A stretch of DNA of 32,000 nucleotides from Candidatus Saccharimonadota bacterium (lineage in GTDB: Bacteria; Patescibacteriota; Saccharimonadia; Saccharimonadales; UBA4665), in assembly GCA_016699955.1 (NCBI GenBank), contig CP064993.1, positions 330,001-362,000 of the forward strand. The letters are read 5' to 3'. The notes under the pieces are model-generated. The model was not told the DNA's origin. It saw only the letters and a list, made by a program, of their open reading frames with translations, and searched no databases. A program made the position numbers and the translations under genes. This document shows, piece after piece, positions 1 to 8,139 of the stretch. Numbering within the stretch: position 1 is the first letter of the stretch; every line of letters starts with the position of its first letter.

Positions 1-181
1 TTTGCCCAACAGCTCCGTTGTAGCGTACAATTTTTTTATCAGCTGTAGATGTAATTTGTTTTGCAACCGCTTGGCTTCGCTGCACTGTTTTGGTTGGCTG
101 AGTGTCTCGATTTACTGTGTACGCCCCGACACCCCCTGCTAAAATTAGCACCACGGCGGCAATTGCTAGTTTATTTTTCAT
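1..181 (-). CDS. hypothetical membrane-anchored or secreted protein, N-terminal part only (gene runs off the left edge)
   Basis: Absent from the ORF track because the window truncates it. The reverse strand reads ATG (181-179) MKNKLAIAAVVLILAGGVGAYTVNRDTQPTKTVQRSQ..., with a hydrophobic N-terminal anchor. A purine-rich AAGGAAG SD-like run lies just upstream, with a TACAAT -10-like box further up. Confidence 0.45.
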   Translation of the reverse strand, partial: MKNKLAIAAVVLILAGGVGAYTVNRDTQPTKTVQRSQAVAKQITSTADKKIVRYNGAVGQ

Positions 182-212
182 CTTTCTTCCTTTTCTCGAG
201 CCATTGTAATAC

Positions 213-238
213 AAAAAAATCGCCACACGCGGTGACGA
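213..238 (-). terminator. Rho-independent terminator
   Basis: On the reverse strand there is a 7-bp stem (238-232 pairs with 220-226, including one G.U) and a 5-nt loop. It is followed directly by a U7 run (plus-strand A7 at 213-219). Confidence 0.6.
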
Positions 239-516
239 CAATATATTTTGTCACGACCTGCTCGGGTTACACTACCGCGAACGAAGATCTGACTTACCTT
301 CTCGAATGGGAGGATTACAGTTGCGGCACAGTGTTGGAATCTCACCAACTTCCACGTTTCACGACGTTCAAATTGTTAAGTGACTAGAGTGTAGCACGGT
401 CGCTAGTACGCTAGATATAGTAATTTTTACCAAACACGCATATTGCACCACTAAGCCTGCTCGGCCGGCAGAGCCGTGAAGCACTGCTGCTAAAAACGAG
501 ATATCCGTGATAAAAA

Positions 517-1029
517 CTATTTCGAGTTGTGGGTGCGGAGATTTGCTAGGCGAGATGTAAAGCTCTGGGCGGAGCCTTCAAGACCGAGAACACGAAAAGC
601 AGCCAAGACAACTGCAATATCTTGGAGCTGCTGCTCGGTAGCAATGGCTTGCCCTTCGACGTCAGCAAATAGCTTCTCGACCTTCTCGATCAGCCACTTT
701 TCCTCTGCTGGTTTCACTTCGTTTGTCAGGAGCGATTTTTCGATTTGTAGCGTTGGAGCAACTACCTCGAGTGAGCGAGCGCTGTAATCACGCTTCACAA
801 GATGCCCACGCTTAATTAGATTACCGACATGCAGCGCTACAGTCGCAACCGACGTGTACTGCAGTCCGTTCATTATTTCGCGGTAGCTTGGACTGTAGCC
901 ATGTTCGGCAATAAACTGTTCAATATAGCCCAAAAGTTCTTTCTGTTTTTTGGTGGGTCGCACTGTTTTCACCGTAGATTCACCAACAACAGATACGGCT
1001 TTAACCTCATTTGTTTGCTTTTCGTTCAT
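517..1029 (-). CDS. LexA-type winged-helix DNA-binding protein without an S24 peptidase domain
   Basis: Residues ~28-90 (KKQKELLGYIEQFIAEHGYSPSYREIMNGLQYTSVATVALHVGNLIKRGHLVKRDYSARSLEV) match the LexA N-terminal DNA-binding domain pattern. The C-terminal ~80 aa looks helical and shows no recognisable Ser/Lys peptidase region. The start overlaps the upstream gene stop by 4 nt (ATGA). Confidence 0.7.
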   Translation of the reverse strand: MNEKQTNEVKAVSVVGESTVKTVRPTKKQKELLGYIEQFIAEHGYSPSYREIMNGLQYTSVATVALHVGNLIKRGHLVKRDYSARSLEVVAPTLQIEKSLLTNEVKPAEEKWLIEKVEKLFADVEGQAIATEQQLQDIAVVLAAFRVLGLEGSAQSFTSRLANLRTHNSK

Positions 1030-1370
1030 GATTTTATACTACCATTTTTGAACACCCAATGTTTATACCAAAACCATTTCCAGACGGTGAAGAAGAGGCT
1101 GGAAATCCAGAGACCGATGAATGGGGTAACCCCAAGCCACTTAAGGCCGCCGACAATAGCGTAATCTATGGGAATATTTAGCAAACTAAATGGTACGTAC
1201 TTCTTGAGGATTTTTTTGTGGCCCTGTTGCCTGGCTGAATAATTAAATGCAAGGTAGTGCTGGACGAGGTAGTTGAGCAACCAGCCGACCAAATCAGCTA
1301 TGCCCTTGGCAATAAGCCAATGCCAATGAAATACGCCGTATAACAATGCAAATATGAAGTATCCGCTCAC
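1026..1370 (-). CDS. GtrA-like small polytopic membrane protein
   Basis: 114 aa and hydrophobic. Its C-terminal WKWFWYKHWVFKN resembles the GtrA-family C-terminal motif. It has a GTG start and overlaps the LexA-like gene by 4 nt. Confidence 0.5.
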   Translation of the reverse strand: MSGYFIFALLYGVFHWHWLIAKGIADLVGWLLNYLVQHYLAFNYSARQQGHKKILKKYVPFSLLNIPIDYAIVGGLKWLGVTPFIGLWISSLFFTVWKWFWYKHWVFKNGSIKS

Positions 1371-1393
1371 AAAAAGACTGCCCCGCCAAGGTT

Positions 1394-1421
1394 AAAAAAG
1401 AAAAACTGTTTCGCAGTTTTT
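1394..1421 (-). terminator. Rho-independent terminator after the O-antigen-ligase-like gene
   Basis: The reverse strand reads AAAAACTG-cgaaa-CAGTTTTT (8-bp stem, plus coordinates 1401-1421) followed by CTTTTTT (plus 1394-1400). It begins 37 nt after the stop at 1458. Confidence 0.55.
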
Positions 1422-1457
1422 GGTAGCTGGAAGTATGTTGTTGGTGATTTGGAGTGT

Positions 1458-2813
1458 TTAAGCATGTTGTTTCTGGGGCTTTTTTGAAGTTGGCAGCCAG
1501 GCAAGACCAATGGCCGCCAGCCCCCACCACAGGTAGGCAAGAGTAACGTCTGCCCAAGCATAGGAAAGTAAATTTACGAGTGTTAAGCCTGCCAGTGTCG
1601 CAAAAAGCATGCGCGCTAACCCCTCTTTGCGAGCGTACAGCGACCGGCCAAGCCTGTAACATACGGTGACGAAAAGCCCCATGCCAAGCCATCCTATCTC
1701 TTGGCCTAGCCCCAAAAAGTAATTTTCACTGATGCGTGCAGGGATGTCATCTTCCAACATAGAGGCCGGTCCGGCCGTCCCGAGCCCTCGCCCAAACGGT
1801 TCACTGACAACATCTTTAATCCCAATTCGTAATGCGCTGAGACGATCCTCATTTGAGGTTTGCTCAGCTGTTGATTGATCATTAACATGTAGGACTGCGT
1901 TTTTGAAGCCTTGATTTGCTTGAAGAAGAAAAAGAGCTGATACGAGCAGGGCGAAAACTCCGAGAGCAAAAGGTAGTACTACTCGGGCACCTTTCATAAA
2001 CCCTCTTTTTGCACCTAGCCAGACGGTCATAGTTACTAACAGACCGAGCCAAGCACTGCGCGAAAAACTGACTAGCATTGCTCCAGCAGCCAGCAAGAGC
2101 AAGAGATACCTCCCCGAAATTTTTAGCATGGCAACCCATAACAATCCAATGCCCAGCACCAGATACGCGCCAAGTGGGTTAGGCCCACGCAGGGTAGATT
2201 GTGCCCGGATTGTTAGGGTGTCTTGGTTAATGGTCTGAACCGGCGTAATTGTAACGCCTGTCTGATACCCAAAATGGCTCAGGAAATCTGGAGGTAGGAC
2301 AAAAAATTGTAATAGTGCAAAGACAGACACAATGCCAAGAGGAAACACGATAAGACGTTGCCAGTGCCTGTGCAGCCAATCACTTTGCAAAGCAACAGCA
2401 TACACGAGCCAAAACCATACAACATGACGAGTATTGAGTAATAGGCTATACGCCGCCACCTGGACGTCCATAGTGCCGAAAATACTGGTACCCATAAAAT
2501 AGATAAGATTAACTAAGAGATAGCTTGCTGGCAACCAAGCAAGTTTATGCTGCTGCAGACTGCGCCACGCCGGTTTTACGCTCTTTGAAAACAGCAGCCA
2601 ACCAACTATGAGGAGGAGTACACATTCGGGTAGAAGCCTGATGAGTGTATAGTTTGCGCCCAGATGTGCACCTGAGACGGTTAAGAAAGCATGAAACGGC
2701 ACGAACAGCAGTACCAATGCTACGGCATAGTCAGGTAGTGCCCCTGTTCTACGTGGCAGCGACTCACGCCGCGCCGTGAAACTAGTTTTGCCCTTCGCGA
2801 TTAGCCTATGCAT
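1458..2813 (-). CDS. O-antigen ligase / Wzy_C family polytopic membrane protein
   Basis: 451 aa with more than 10 predicted TM helices. The SRSAWLGLLV segment and a large periplasm-like loop are typical of the O-antigen ligase-like (Wzy_C) family. Confidence 0.7.
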   Translation of the reverse strand: MHRLIAKGKTSFTARRESLPRRTGALPDYAVALVLLFVPFHAFLTVSGAHLGANYTLIRLLPECVLLLIVGWLLFSKSVKPAWRSLQQHKLAWLPASYLLVNLIYFMGTSIFGTMDVQVAAYSLLLNTRHVVWFWLVYAVALQSDWLHRHWQRLIVFPLGIVSVFALLQFFVLPPDFLSHFGYQTGVTITPVQTINQDTLTIRAQSTLRGPNPLGAYLVLGIGLLWVAMLKISGRYLLLLLAAGAMLVSFSRSAWLGLLVTMTVWLGAKRGFMKGARVVLPFALGVFALLVSALFLLQANQGFKNAVLHVNDQSTAEQTSNEDRLSALRIGIKDVVSEPFGRGLGTAGPASMLEDDIPARISENYFLGLGQEIGWLGMGLFVTVCYRLGRSLYARKEGLARMLFATLAGLTLVNLLSYAWADVTLAYLWWGLAAIGLAWLPTSKKPQKQHA

Positions 2814-2819
2814 AGCTAT

Positions 2820-2825
2820 AGTATA
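2820..2825 (-). promoter_or_regulatory. -10 box (TATACT) positioned 6 nt before the ATG, implying a leaderless transcript
   Basis: The reverse strand reads ggcTATACTatagctATG. No SD can fit in the gap. Confidence 0.4.
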
Positions 2826-2845
2826 GCCGAACCTACATCCGGGTT

Positions 2846-2873
2846 TTGAGCAATCCTATCTTCACTCTATACT
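2846..2873 (+). promoter_or_regulatory. sigma70-like promoter (TTGAGC, 16-nt spacer, TATACT) 6 nt before the ATG, implying a leaderless transcript
   Basis: TTGAGC at 2846-2851 and TATACT at 2868-2873, followed by agtact and the ATG at 2880. Confidence 0.45.
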
Positions 2874-2879
2874 AGTACT

Positions 2880-3839
2880 ATGACTACACAGAGGCCAATA
2901 GTTCTAACTGGATCAATAGCGATAGACCGGATTATGAGTTTCGGCGGCTCGTACAGCGACCATTTGCACCCCGAAAAACTTGAGTCGGTGTCTGTTTCGA
3001 TATTTCTTGACAGTCTTCATGATAGCTTCGGGGGCGTCGCGGCAAATATTGCCTACGGTCTTACACTGCTAGGTGATGAGCCTTACTTGCTTGGTTCAGT
3101 CGGACCCGATGCGGTTGAATACATGGAAAAGCTCGCCCGACATGGCGTCAACATCGGGCATATTTGTGAGAGCACTCTGCCGACAGCGAGCTTTAACGTC
3201 ATTACCGACCGTGACCAAAACCAAGTCGGCGGTTTTTACCCAGGAGCTATGTTTGACAGTAGTGAGCTTCACTTGGAGCCGTGGTATGAGTACAATCCAA
3301 TCGTTGTTATTTCGCCTCATGACCCGACTGCAATGCGCCGCCAAGTCGCGGAATGTCGGGAGCACGGTCTTACACTCTGCTATGATATTGGCCAACAAGT
3401 TTCAAACGCCCCGATCGAAGATTTGTTGGCGGGACTGGAGGCGGCGGAGGTACTGATATTAAACGACTATGAATTGGCCGTACTAAGCACTAAAACAGGC
3501 CTTAGCGTTGAAGACATCTTCGCCGAAGTCCCTGTAGTTATTACTACCCACGGACCCGAGGGTTCACGGGCGGACGGCGCACAGCTCACTGAGCCTGTTT
3601 CTGTGGGAGTAGCTAGACCAGAACGTGTCGCCGACCCAACGGGTGCCGGAGATGCCTACCGCGCTGGTTTTTTGTATGGATATGCGCGGGGTTGGCCATT
3701 GCAGGACAGTATGCAACTTGGCGCTGTTTGCAGCAGTTTTGCGATTGAAACCGTCGGGACACAAACACATACGTGCACACGGGAAACAATTGCCGCTCGG
3801 TACCGCGTGGCATTTTCTGAAACAATTGATTTATCATAA
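2880..3839 (+). CDS. adoK: adenosine kinase, PfkB/ribokinase family (mycobacterial AdoK-like)
   Basis: N-terminus IVLTGSIAIDRIMSFGGSYSDHL and the PfkB signature DPTGAGDAYRAGFLYG. By memory it is colinear with M. tuberculosis AdoK. It sits directly upstream of ahcY. Confidence 0.7.
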   Translation: MTTQRPIVLTGSIAIDRIMSFGGSYSDHLHPEKLESVSVSIFLDSLHDSFGGVAANIAYGLTLLGDEPYLLGSVGPDAVEYMEKLARHGVNIGHICESTLPTASFNVITDRDQNQVGGFYPGAMFDSSELHLEPWYEYNPIVVISPHDPTAMRRQVAECREHGLTLCYDIGQQVSNAPIEDLLAGLEAAEVLILNDYELAVLSTKTGLSVEDIFAEVPVVITTHGPEGSRADGAQLTEPVSVGVARPERVADPTGAGDAYRAGFLYGYARGWPLQDSMQLGAVCSSFAIETVGTQTHTCTRETIAARYRVAFSETIDLS

Positions 3840-3851
3840 AGGAGCACAGTA

Positions 3852-5150
3852 ATGAACGAAACAAATAGCTACAAAGTTGCCGACATTTCCCTCGCTGAAT
3901 GGGGACGACGAGAAATTACTTTAGCGGAAAAGGAGATGCCGGGGTTAATGGCACTGCGCGCAGAGTATAAGGCCGCCCAGCCACTTCAAGGCGCCCGAAT
4001 TGCCGGATCGTTGCACATGACCATACAAACAGCTGTACTCATAGAGACACTCGTTGACCTGGGTGCAGAGGTACGCTGGGCCTCTTGCAACATTTTTAGC
4101 ACACAGGATCAAGCCGCGGCGGCAATTGCGGTAACCGGCGTTCCGGTGTTTGCCTGGAAGGGAGAGGCTGAAAAGGATTACTGGTGGTGCACCGAGCAAA
4201 CGCTGTTATTTGGGGACGGCAAGGGGCCAAACATGCTACTAGATGACGGCGGCGATTTAACGGGACTTGTACACACGAAACATCCTGAACTACTGGCTGA
4301 CATAAAAGGCGTAAGTGAGGAAACAACCACTGGTGTTCACCATCTTTATCAGATGCTGGAAAAGGGTGAACTGCGGTTGCCAGCTATAAATGTTAATGAT
4401 TCGGTCACTAAAAGTAAGTTTGATAACAAATATGGCTGCCGCGAGTCGTTGGTCGATGGGATTAAGCGTGCCACAGATGTTATGTTAGCGGGCAAGGTAG
4501 CCGTAGTGGCCGGATACGGTGATGTCGGCAAAGGCAGTGCTCAGTCGTTGGCGGCGTATGGCTGCCGTGTGCTTGTGACTGAAATCGACCCTATTTGCGC
4601 ACTTCAGGCGCAAATGGAAGGCTACGAAGTTGTGCGCATGGAACAGGCTGTACAAGAGGGAGATGTCTTTGTAACCACTACTGGTTGTAAAGATATCATT
4701 ACGCTGGATCATATGAAGGCTATGAAAGACTCGGCAATTGTGTGCAACATTGGCCATTTCGATGTTGAAATACAGGTGTCGGCCTTGCAGGACATGCCAG
4801 GCATTAAGCACGAAGAAATAAAACCACAGGTTGATTTATACACCTTTGCTGATGGCCACCGAGTAATCCTGCTTGCAGAGGGTCGTTTGGTAAACCTTGG
4901 CTGTGCAACTGGTCACCCGAGTTTTGTCATGAGTAACAGTTTCTGTAACCAGGTGCTGGCACAGATTGAACTCTGGACCAAAGACCACAAAGTCGGCATT
5001 TACATGCTGCCCAAAGAGCTCGATGAAAAGGTTGCTCGCCTGCACGTTGAGGCACTCGGCGGCAAGCTAACCGAGCTGTCTGATGCTCAGTCCGACTATA
5101 TCGGCATACCGAAAACTGGCCCCTACAAGCCTGACCATTACCGATATTAG
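3852..5150 (+). CDS. ahcY: adenosylhomocysteinase (S-adenosyl-L-homocysteine hydrolase)
   Basis: 432 aa. It contains [15 protein letters not shown], the NAD-binding GYGDVGKG motif and the C-terminal DHYRY. AAGGAG SD lies 7 nt upstream. Confidence 0.95.
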   Translation: MNETNSYKVADISLAEWGRREITLAEKEMPGLMALRAEYKAAQPLQGARIAGSLHMTIQTAVLIETLVDLGAEVRWASCNIFSTQDQAAAAIAVTGVPVFAWKGEAEKDYWWCTEQTLLFGDGKGPNMLLDDGGDLTGLVHTKHPELLADIKGVSEETTTGVHHLYQMLEKGELRLPAINVNDSVTKSKFDNKYGCRESLVDGIKRATDVMLAGKVAVVAGYGDVGKGSAQSLAAYGCRVLVTEIDPICALQAQMEGYEVVRMEQAVQEGDVFVTTTGCKDIITLDHMKAMKDSAIVCNIGHFDVEIQVSALQDMPGIKHEEIKPQVDLYTFADGHRVILLAEGRLVNLGCATGHPSFVMSNSFCNQVLAQIELWTKDHKVGIYMLPKELDEKVARLHVEALGGKLTELSDAQSDYIGIPKTGPYKPDHYRY

Positions 5151-5209
5151 GCTCGACTTACCCGCTGCTACTAAAAAGGGTTACGGCGTGGTTACGCTCC
5201 CGGCCGTTG

Positions 5210-5218
5210 TGTTATACT
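5210..5218 (+). promoter_or_regulatory. extended -10 promoter (TGtTATACT) for the riboswitch-metK transcript
   Basis: TGT followed by TATACT at 5213-5218, about 20 nt upstream of the riboswitch P1 helix. Confidence 0.35.
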
Positions 5219-5235
5219 TGTCGTACTTAACAAGT

Positions 5236-5352
5236 GAGATATCGAGAGTACGGTGAGCGGACTAGCGCGTTGACCCGTCGGCAACCATCAGTTTTACCTG
5301 AACGGTGCTTCATCTAGCCTCTATTACTAAGGTAATGGCGGGAAGATATGTG
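5236..5352 (+). promoter_or_regulatory. SAM-I riboswitch aptamer
   Basis: P1 is ATATC (5239-5243) pairing with GATAT (5345-5349). The conserved core strings read GAGAG..GGTGAGCGGAC..GTTGACCCGTCGGCAACC..GGTGC. P3 (TCAG/CTGA) and P4 (ATTAC-taag-GTAAT) hairpins are present. It lies directly upstream of metK. Confidence 0.8.
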
Positions 5353-5362
5353 TGACCACTAT

Positions 5363-5387
5363 CCTTTCCTGCCGGGAAAGGTTTTTT
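5363..5387 (+). terminator. riboswitch expression-platform terminator
   Basis: CCTTTCC (5363-5369) pairs with GGAAAGG (5375-5381), followed by T6 (5382-5387). Segment 5337-5347 (GGCGGGAAGAT) is nearly complementary to 5361-5373 and can act as an antiterminator. Confidence 0.75.
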
Positions 5388-5394
5388 ATTTTAT

Positions 5395-6528
5395 ATGACA
5401 AATACAGTTGGCGATTCAACGCTTTTTACCAGCGAATCAGTGTGCGCTGGACATCCTGATAAAATGGCTGACGCCGTCAGTGACGCTCTGGTTGACGCCG
5501 TACTGACGCTTGATCCAAATGCGCGAACCGGTATAGAAACGGTGGTGGGAGCAAACCAAATTAGCTTGTTTGGAGAGATTAAAACAACGGCAAAAGTAGA
5601 TTTTGAGAGTGTTGTCCGCGGTAAAATTAAACAGCTTGGCTATACCGATCCCAAGTGGAAATTCTCGGCAGAAGGATCGCATTTTACAAACTTTTTGCAC
5701 CAACAATCGCCCGAAATCGCACTGGGTGTCGACCAAGACGGTGCCGGCGATCAGGGCATGATGTTTGGGTTTGCATGCAGTGAAACACCCGAGCTAATGC
5801 CCTTACCGATTGCCCTTGGCCATGCTCTGACGCGCAGGATTGACGAGTGCCGCGAGAACGGTGTGCTGAAGTGGTTGCGGCCAGACGGCAAAGCCCAAGT
5901 GACTGTGCGATACAACGAAGACGGCCAGCCGGTGGCCATAGAGAAACTGGTCGCTGCTGTCGCCCATGATGAAAAAACATCTGCAGAACAGGTTCGGAAA
6001 GATGTGATTGACCGAGTCTTCACGCCAGTACTGCGTCATTACAAGCTTAAACTGCCAGCCGAGCACAACATTGTAGTCAACGGCACGGGCTTATGGCATA
6101 TTCCCGGACCAGAATCTGATGCAGGTTTGACTGGACGAAAGATAGTGGTCGATACATACGGCGGCTACGCCCGGGTGGGTGGCGGCGCTTTCAGTGGGAA
6201 AGATCCAAGCAAAGTCGACCGTTCTGGCGCATACGCAGCCCGATACATCGCTAAAAACATCGTTGCCGCCGGGCTTGCTACCAAATGCGAAGTTGGCCTA
6301 GCCTATGTGATTGGCCAGCCAAAGCCGCTCATGCAAACCATTGATACCTTTGGCACCGCCACGGTTAACGAGGCCGAACTCTACATTTTCAAAGATAAAC
6401 TCATTGATACAAGCGTCAAAGGCATCATTGAAACCCTCGACCTTCGCCGCCCCATTTACTCGCAGACTTCCGCCTACGGCCACTTTGGTAAACCTGACCT
6501 GCCCTGGGAAAAAATCGTGTCAGTATGA
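5395..6528 (+). CDS. metK: S-adenosylmethionine synthetase
   Basis: 377 aa. It contains GHPDKMADAVSDALVDAVL, GAGDQGMMFG and the GGGAFSGKDPSKVDRS motifs. Confidence 0.95.
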   Translation: MTNTVGDSTLFTSESVCAGHPDKMADAVSDALVDAVLTLDPNARTGIETVVGANQISLFGEIKTTAKVDFESVVRGKIKQLGYTDPKWKFSAEGSHFTNFLHQQSPEIALGVDQDGAGDQGMMFGFACSETPELMPLPIALGHALTRRIDECRENGVLKWLRPDGKAQVTVRYNEDGQPVAIEKLVAAVAHDEKTSAEQVRKDVIDRVFTPVLRHYKLKLPAEHNIVVNGTGLWHIPGPESDAGLTGRKIVVDTYGGYARVGGGAFSGKDPSKVDRSGAYAARYIAKNIVAAGLATKCEVGLAYVIGQPKPLMQTIDTFGTATVNEAELYIFKDKLIDTSVKGIIETLDLRRPIYSQTSAYGHFGKPDLPWEKIVSV

Positions 6529-6550
6529 TGCATGCCTGCGGCACCTTACC

Positions 6551-6578
6551 GGAGGGACTAATCCCCTCCTCACCTTTT
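6551..6578 (+). terminator. probable terminator after metK
   Basis: GGAGGG (6551-6556) pairs with CCCTCC (6564-6569). A TTTT run (6575-6578) follows a few nt downstream. Confidence 0.4.
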
Positions 6579-6639
6579 GGGTATTAATCCGACCAAACTG
6601 AGCTTTTGACTCCTCTGGTTCCGAGCATACGCCGAAAAA

Positions 6640-6648
6640 TGATACAAT
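6640..6648 (+). promoter_or_regulatory. extended -10 (TGaTACAAT) 8 nt before the ATG, implying a leaderless transcript
   Basis: TACAAT at 6643-6648, then ctttgtag and the ATG at 6657. No SD is present. Confidence 0.4.
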
Positions 6649-6656
6649 CTTTGTAG

Positions 6657-8117
6657 ATGAAAAACAATGCATCGCTCGTGTACAACTTTTTTTTGATGGT
6701 AGGCGACGGCGTTGCGCTCCTAGTTAGCTTTGTCGCTGCTTTTGTCATACGCGGCTCCAGCAGTGTCGCTGTGGCGCAACCGGTTGACAGCAGCACGTAC
6801 ATATTACTTTTTGTCAGTTTACTTCCCTTTTGGATCTTCATATTCGCGCTGCTAGGGCTATATAACGCAAATATCTATGAACGACGTTTTGCAGAGGCAG
6901 GCAGGCTATTCGTCGGGTCGTTCATTGGACTGCTTTTTATGGTTTTTTGGGATTATATGAGCCTTCAAACCGTGTTCCCGGCAAAGTTGGTGCCCATATA
7001 TGGTTTTGGGATAGCCTTTGTGCTGCTTTTGTCGCTAAGGAACATTGCACGGATTATTCGAACCGCCCTGTTTAACTACGGTATTGGGCTAAACAGAATT
7101 GTTATTATCGGAAAAACTCCTATCACAACCGAGCTGTTAACATCGCTGGCAAATACAAAGCAATCAGGGTATGAAATTGCGGGCGTTATAGGTTATGGAA
7201 AACTCCTACCGCCAGGCGTTCAGGGGTTCGCGTCGTTCAACGACTTTCTGGCAAGCAAGCCAAATAATATTCACAATATTATTCAGACAGAACTCTACGC
7301 CGATGAGAGAGACAATGCAGCAATATTTGACTTTGCCCAGGAACATCACATAAGCTACCGCTTTGTACCAGGCAACAATGAACTGTTCGTTGGCAATATA
7401 GATGTTGATCTGTTTCGAAATAGCATACCTGTTATACATGTACATCACACGGCACTGTTTGGCTGGGGGCGCATCCTTAAACGTCTGACTGATATAGTAT
7501 TTGGCAGCTTACTGCTCCTGCTTAGCTTACCGTTATGGCTAGCCGTGGTGGTTCTTATAAAGCTGTCTGACACTTCGGGGCCAGTGTTTTACAGGGCGAA
7601 GCGGATGAGTCGGTTCGGCACAACTATACGGGTCTACAAATTTCGTACCATGAAGCAAGCCTACAACAATATGTCTCCCGAGGATGGTTTTGCTAAGATG
7701 GGTCGACCAGAACTTGCCAAGAAGTATCGGGAAAACGGTGACCAGCTTAAAAATGATCCGCGTGTCACGTCTGTTGGCCGTTTTTTACGCGCTACGAGCC
7801 TCGATGAACTGCCGCAGCTATGGAATGTGGTTCGGGGTGACATTAGTCTTGTCGGGCCGCGAGCACTCGATGTTTACGAGCTGGAACAGTACGACAAAAA
7901 AAATCTCATACTCAGCGTAAAATCCGGCCTAACCAGCCTGGCGCTTGTTTCTGGACGCCATGCTATGAGTTTTGAGGAACGCCGCAAGCTCGATTTGTAC
8001 TATGTGCAGAACTGGAGCTTTTGGTTAGACATCATTATTATTACCAAGACAATACGAGTCGTGCTGGAGCGACTGTTCCGACACGGAGCACGGTATCGTA
8101 CGTTAGATGGTAGATAA
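6657..8117 (+). CDS. polyprenyl-phosphate hexose-1-phosphate transferase (WbaP/bacterial sugar transferase family), initiating enzyme
   Basis: 486 aa. It has an N-terminal multi-TM region and a C-terminal sugar-transferase domain with [21 protein letters not shown]. Confidence 0.85.
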   Translation: MKNNASLVYNFFLMVGDGVALLVSFVAAFVIRGSSSVAVAQPVDSSTYILLFVSLLPFWIFIFALLGLYNANIYERRFAEAGRLFVGSFIGLLFMVFWDYMSLQTVFPAKLVPIYGFGIAFVLLLSLRNIARIIRTALFNYGIGLNRIVIIGKTPITTELLTSLANTKQSGYEIAGVIGYGKLLPPGVQGFASFNDFLASKPNNIHNIIQTELYADERDNAAIFDFAQEHHISYRFVPGNNELFVGNIDVDLFRNSIPVIHVHHTALFGWGRILKRLTDIVFGSLLLLLSLPLWLAVVVLIKLSDTSGPVFYRAKRMSRFGTTIRVYKFRTMKQAYNNMSPEDGFAKMGRPELAKKYRENGDQLKNDPRVTSVGRFLRATSLDELPQLWNVVRGDISLVGPRALDVYELEQYDKKNLILSVKSGLTSLALVSGRHAMSFEERRKLDLYYVQNWSFWLDIIIITKTIRVVLERLFRHGARYRTLDGR

Positions 8118-8126
8118 AAGATAGAG

Positions 8127-8132
8127 CATAAT
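8127..8132 (+). promoter_or_regulatory. -10 box (CATAAT) 7 nt before the ATG, implying a leaderless transcript
   Basis: The sequence reads gagCATAATctctaaaATG, with the ATG at 8140. Confidence 0.3.
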
Positions 8133-8139
8133 CTCTAAA

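Noticed and set aside
61-387. 108-aa plus-strand ORF in the left intergenic region.
   Set aside because: It overlaps the real minus-strand partial CDS and the terminator. Its composition is not protein-like, and it has no start context.
527-2139. Antisense or overlapping ORFs at 527-787, 829-1164, 1294-1692, 1367-1561, 1706-1969 and 1882-2139.
   Set aside because: These are shadow ORFs on the opposite strand or in alternative frames of well-supported genes (LexA-like, GtrA-like, ligase-like). Their sequences are Arg/Ser/Cys-rich and of low plausibility. The same reasoning applies to the many 60-130-aa ORFs nested in ahcY, metK, glmS, the phosphohexomutase gene, the GT genes and other supported genes.
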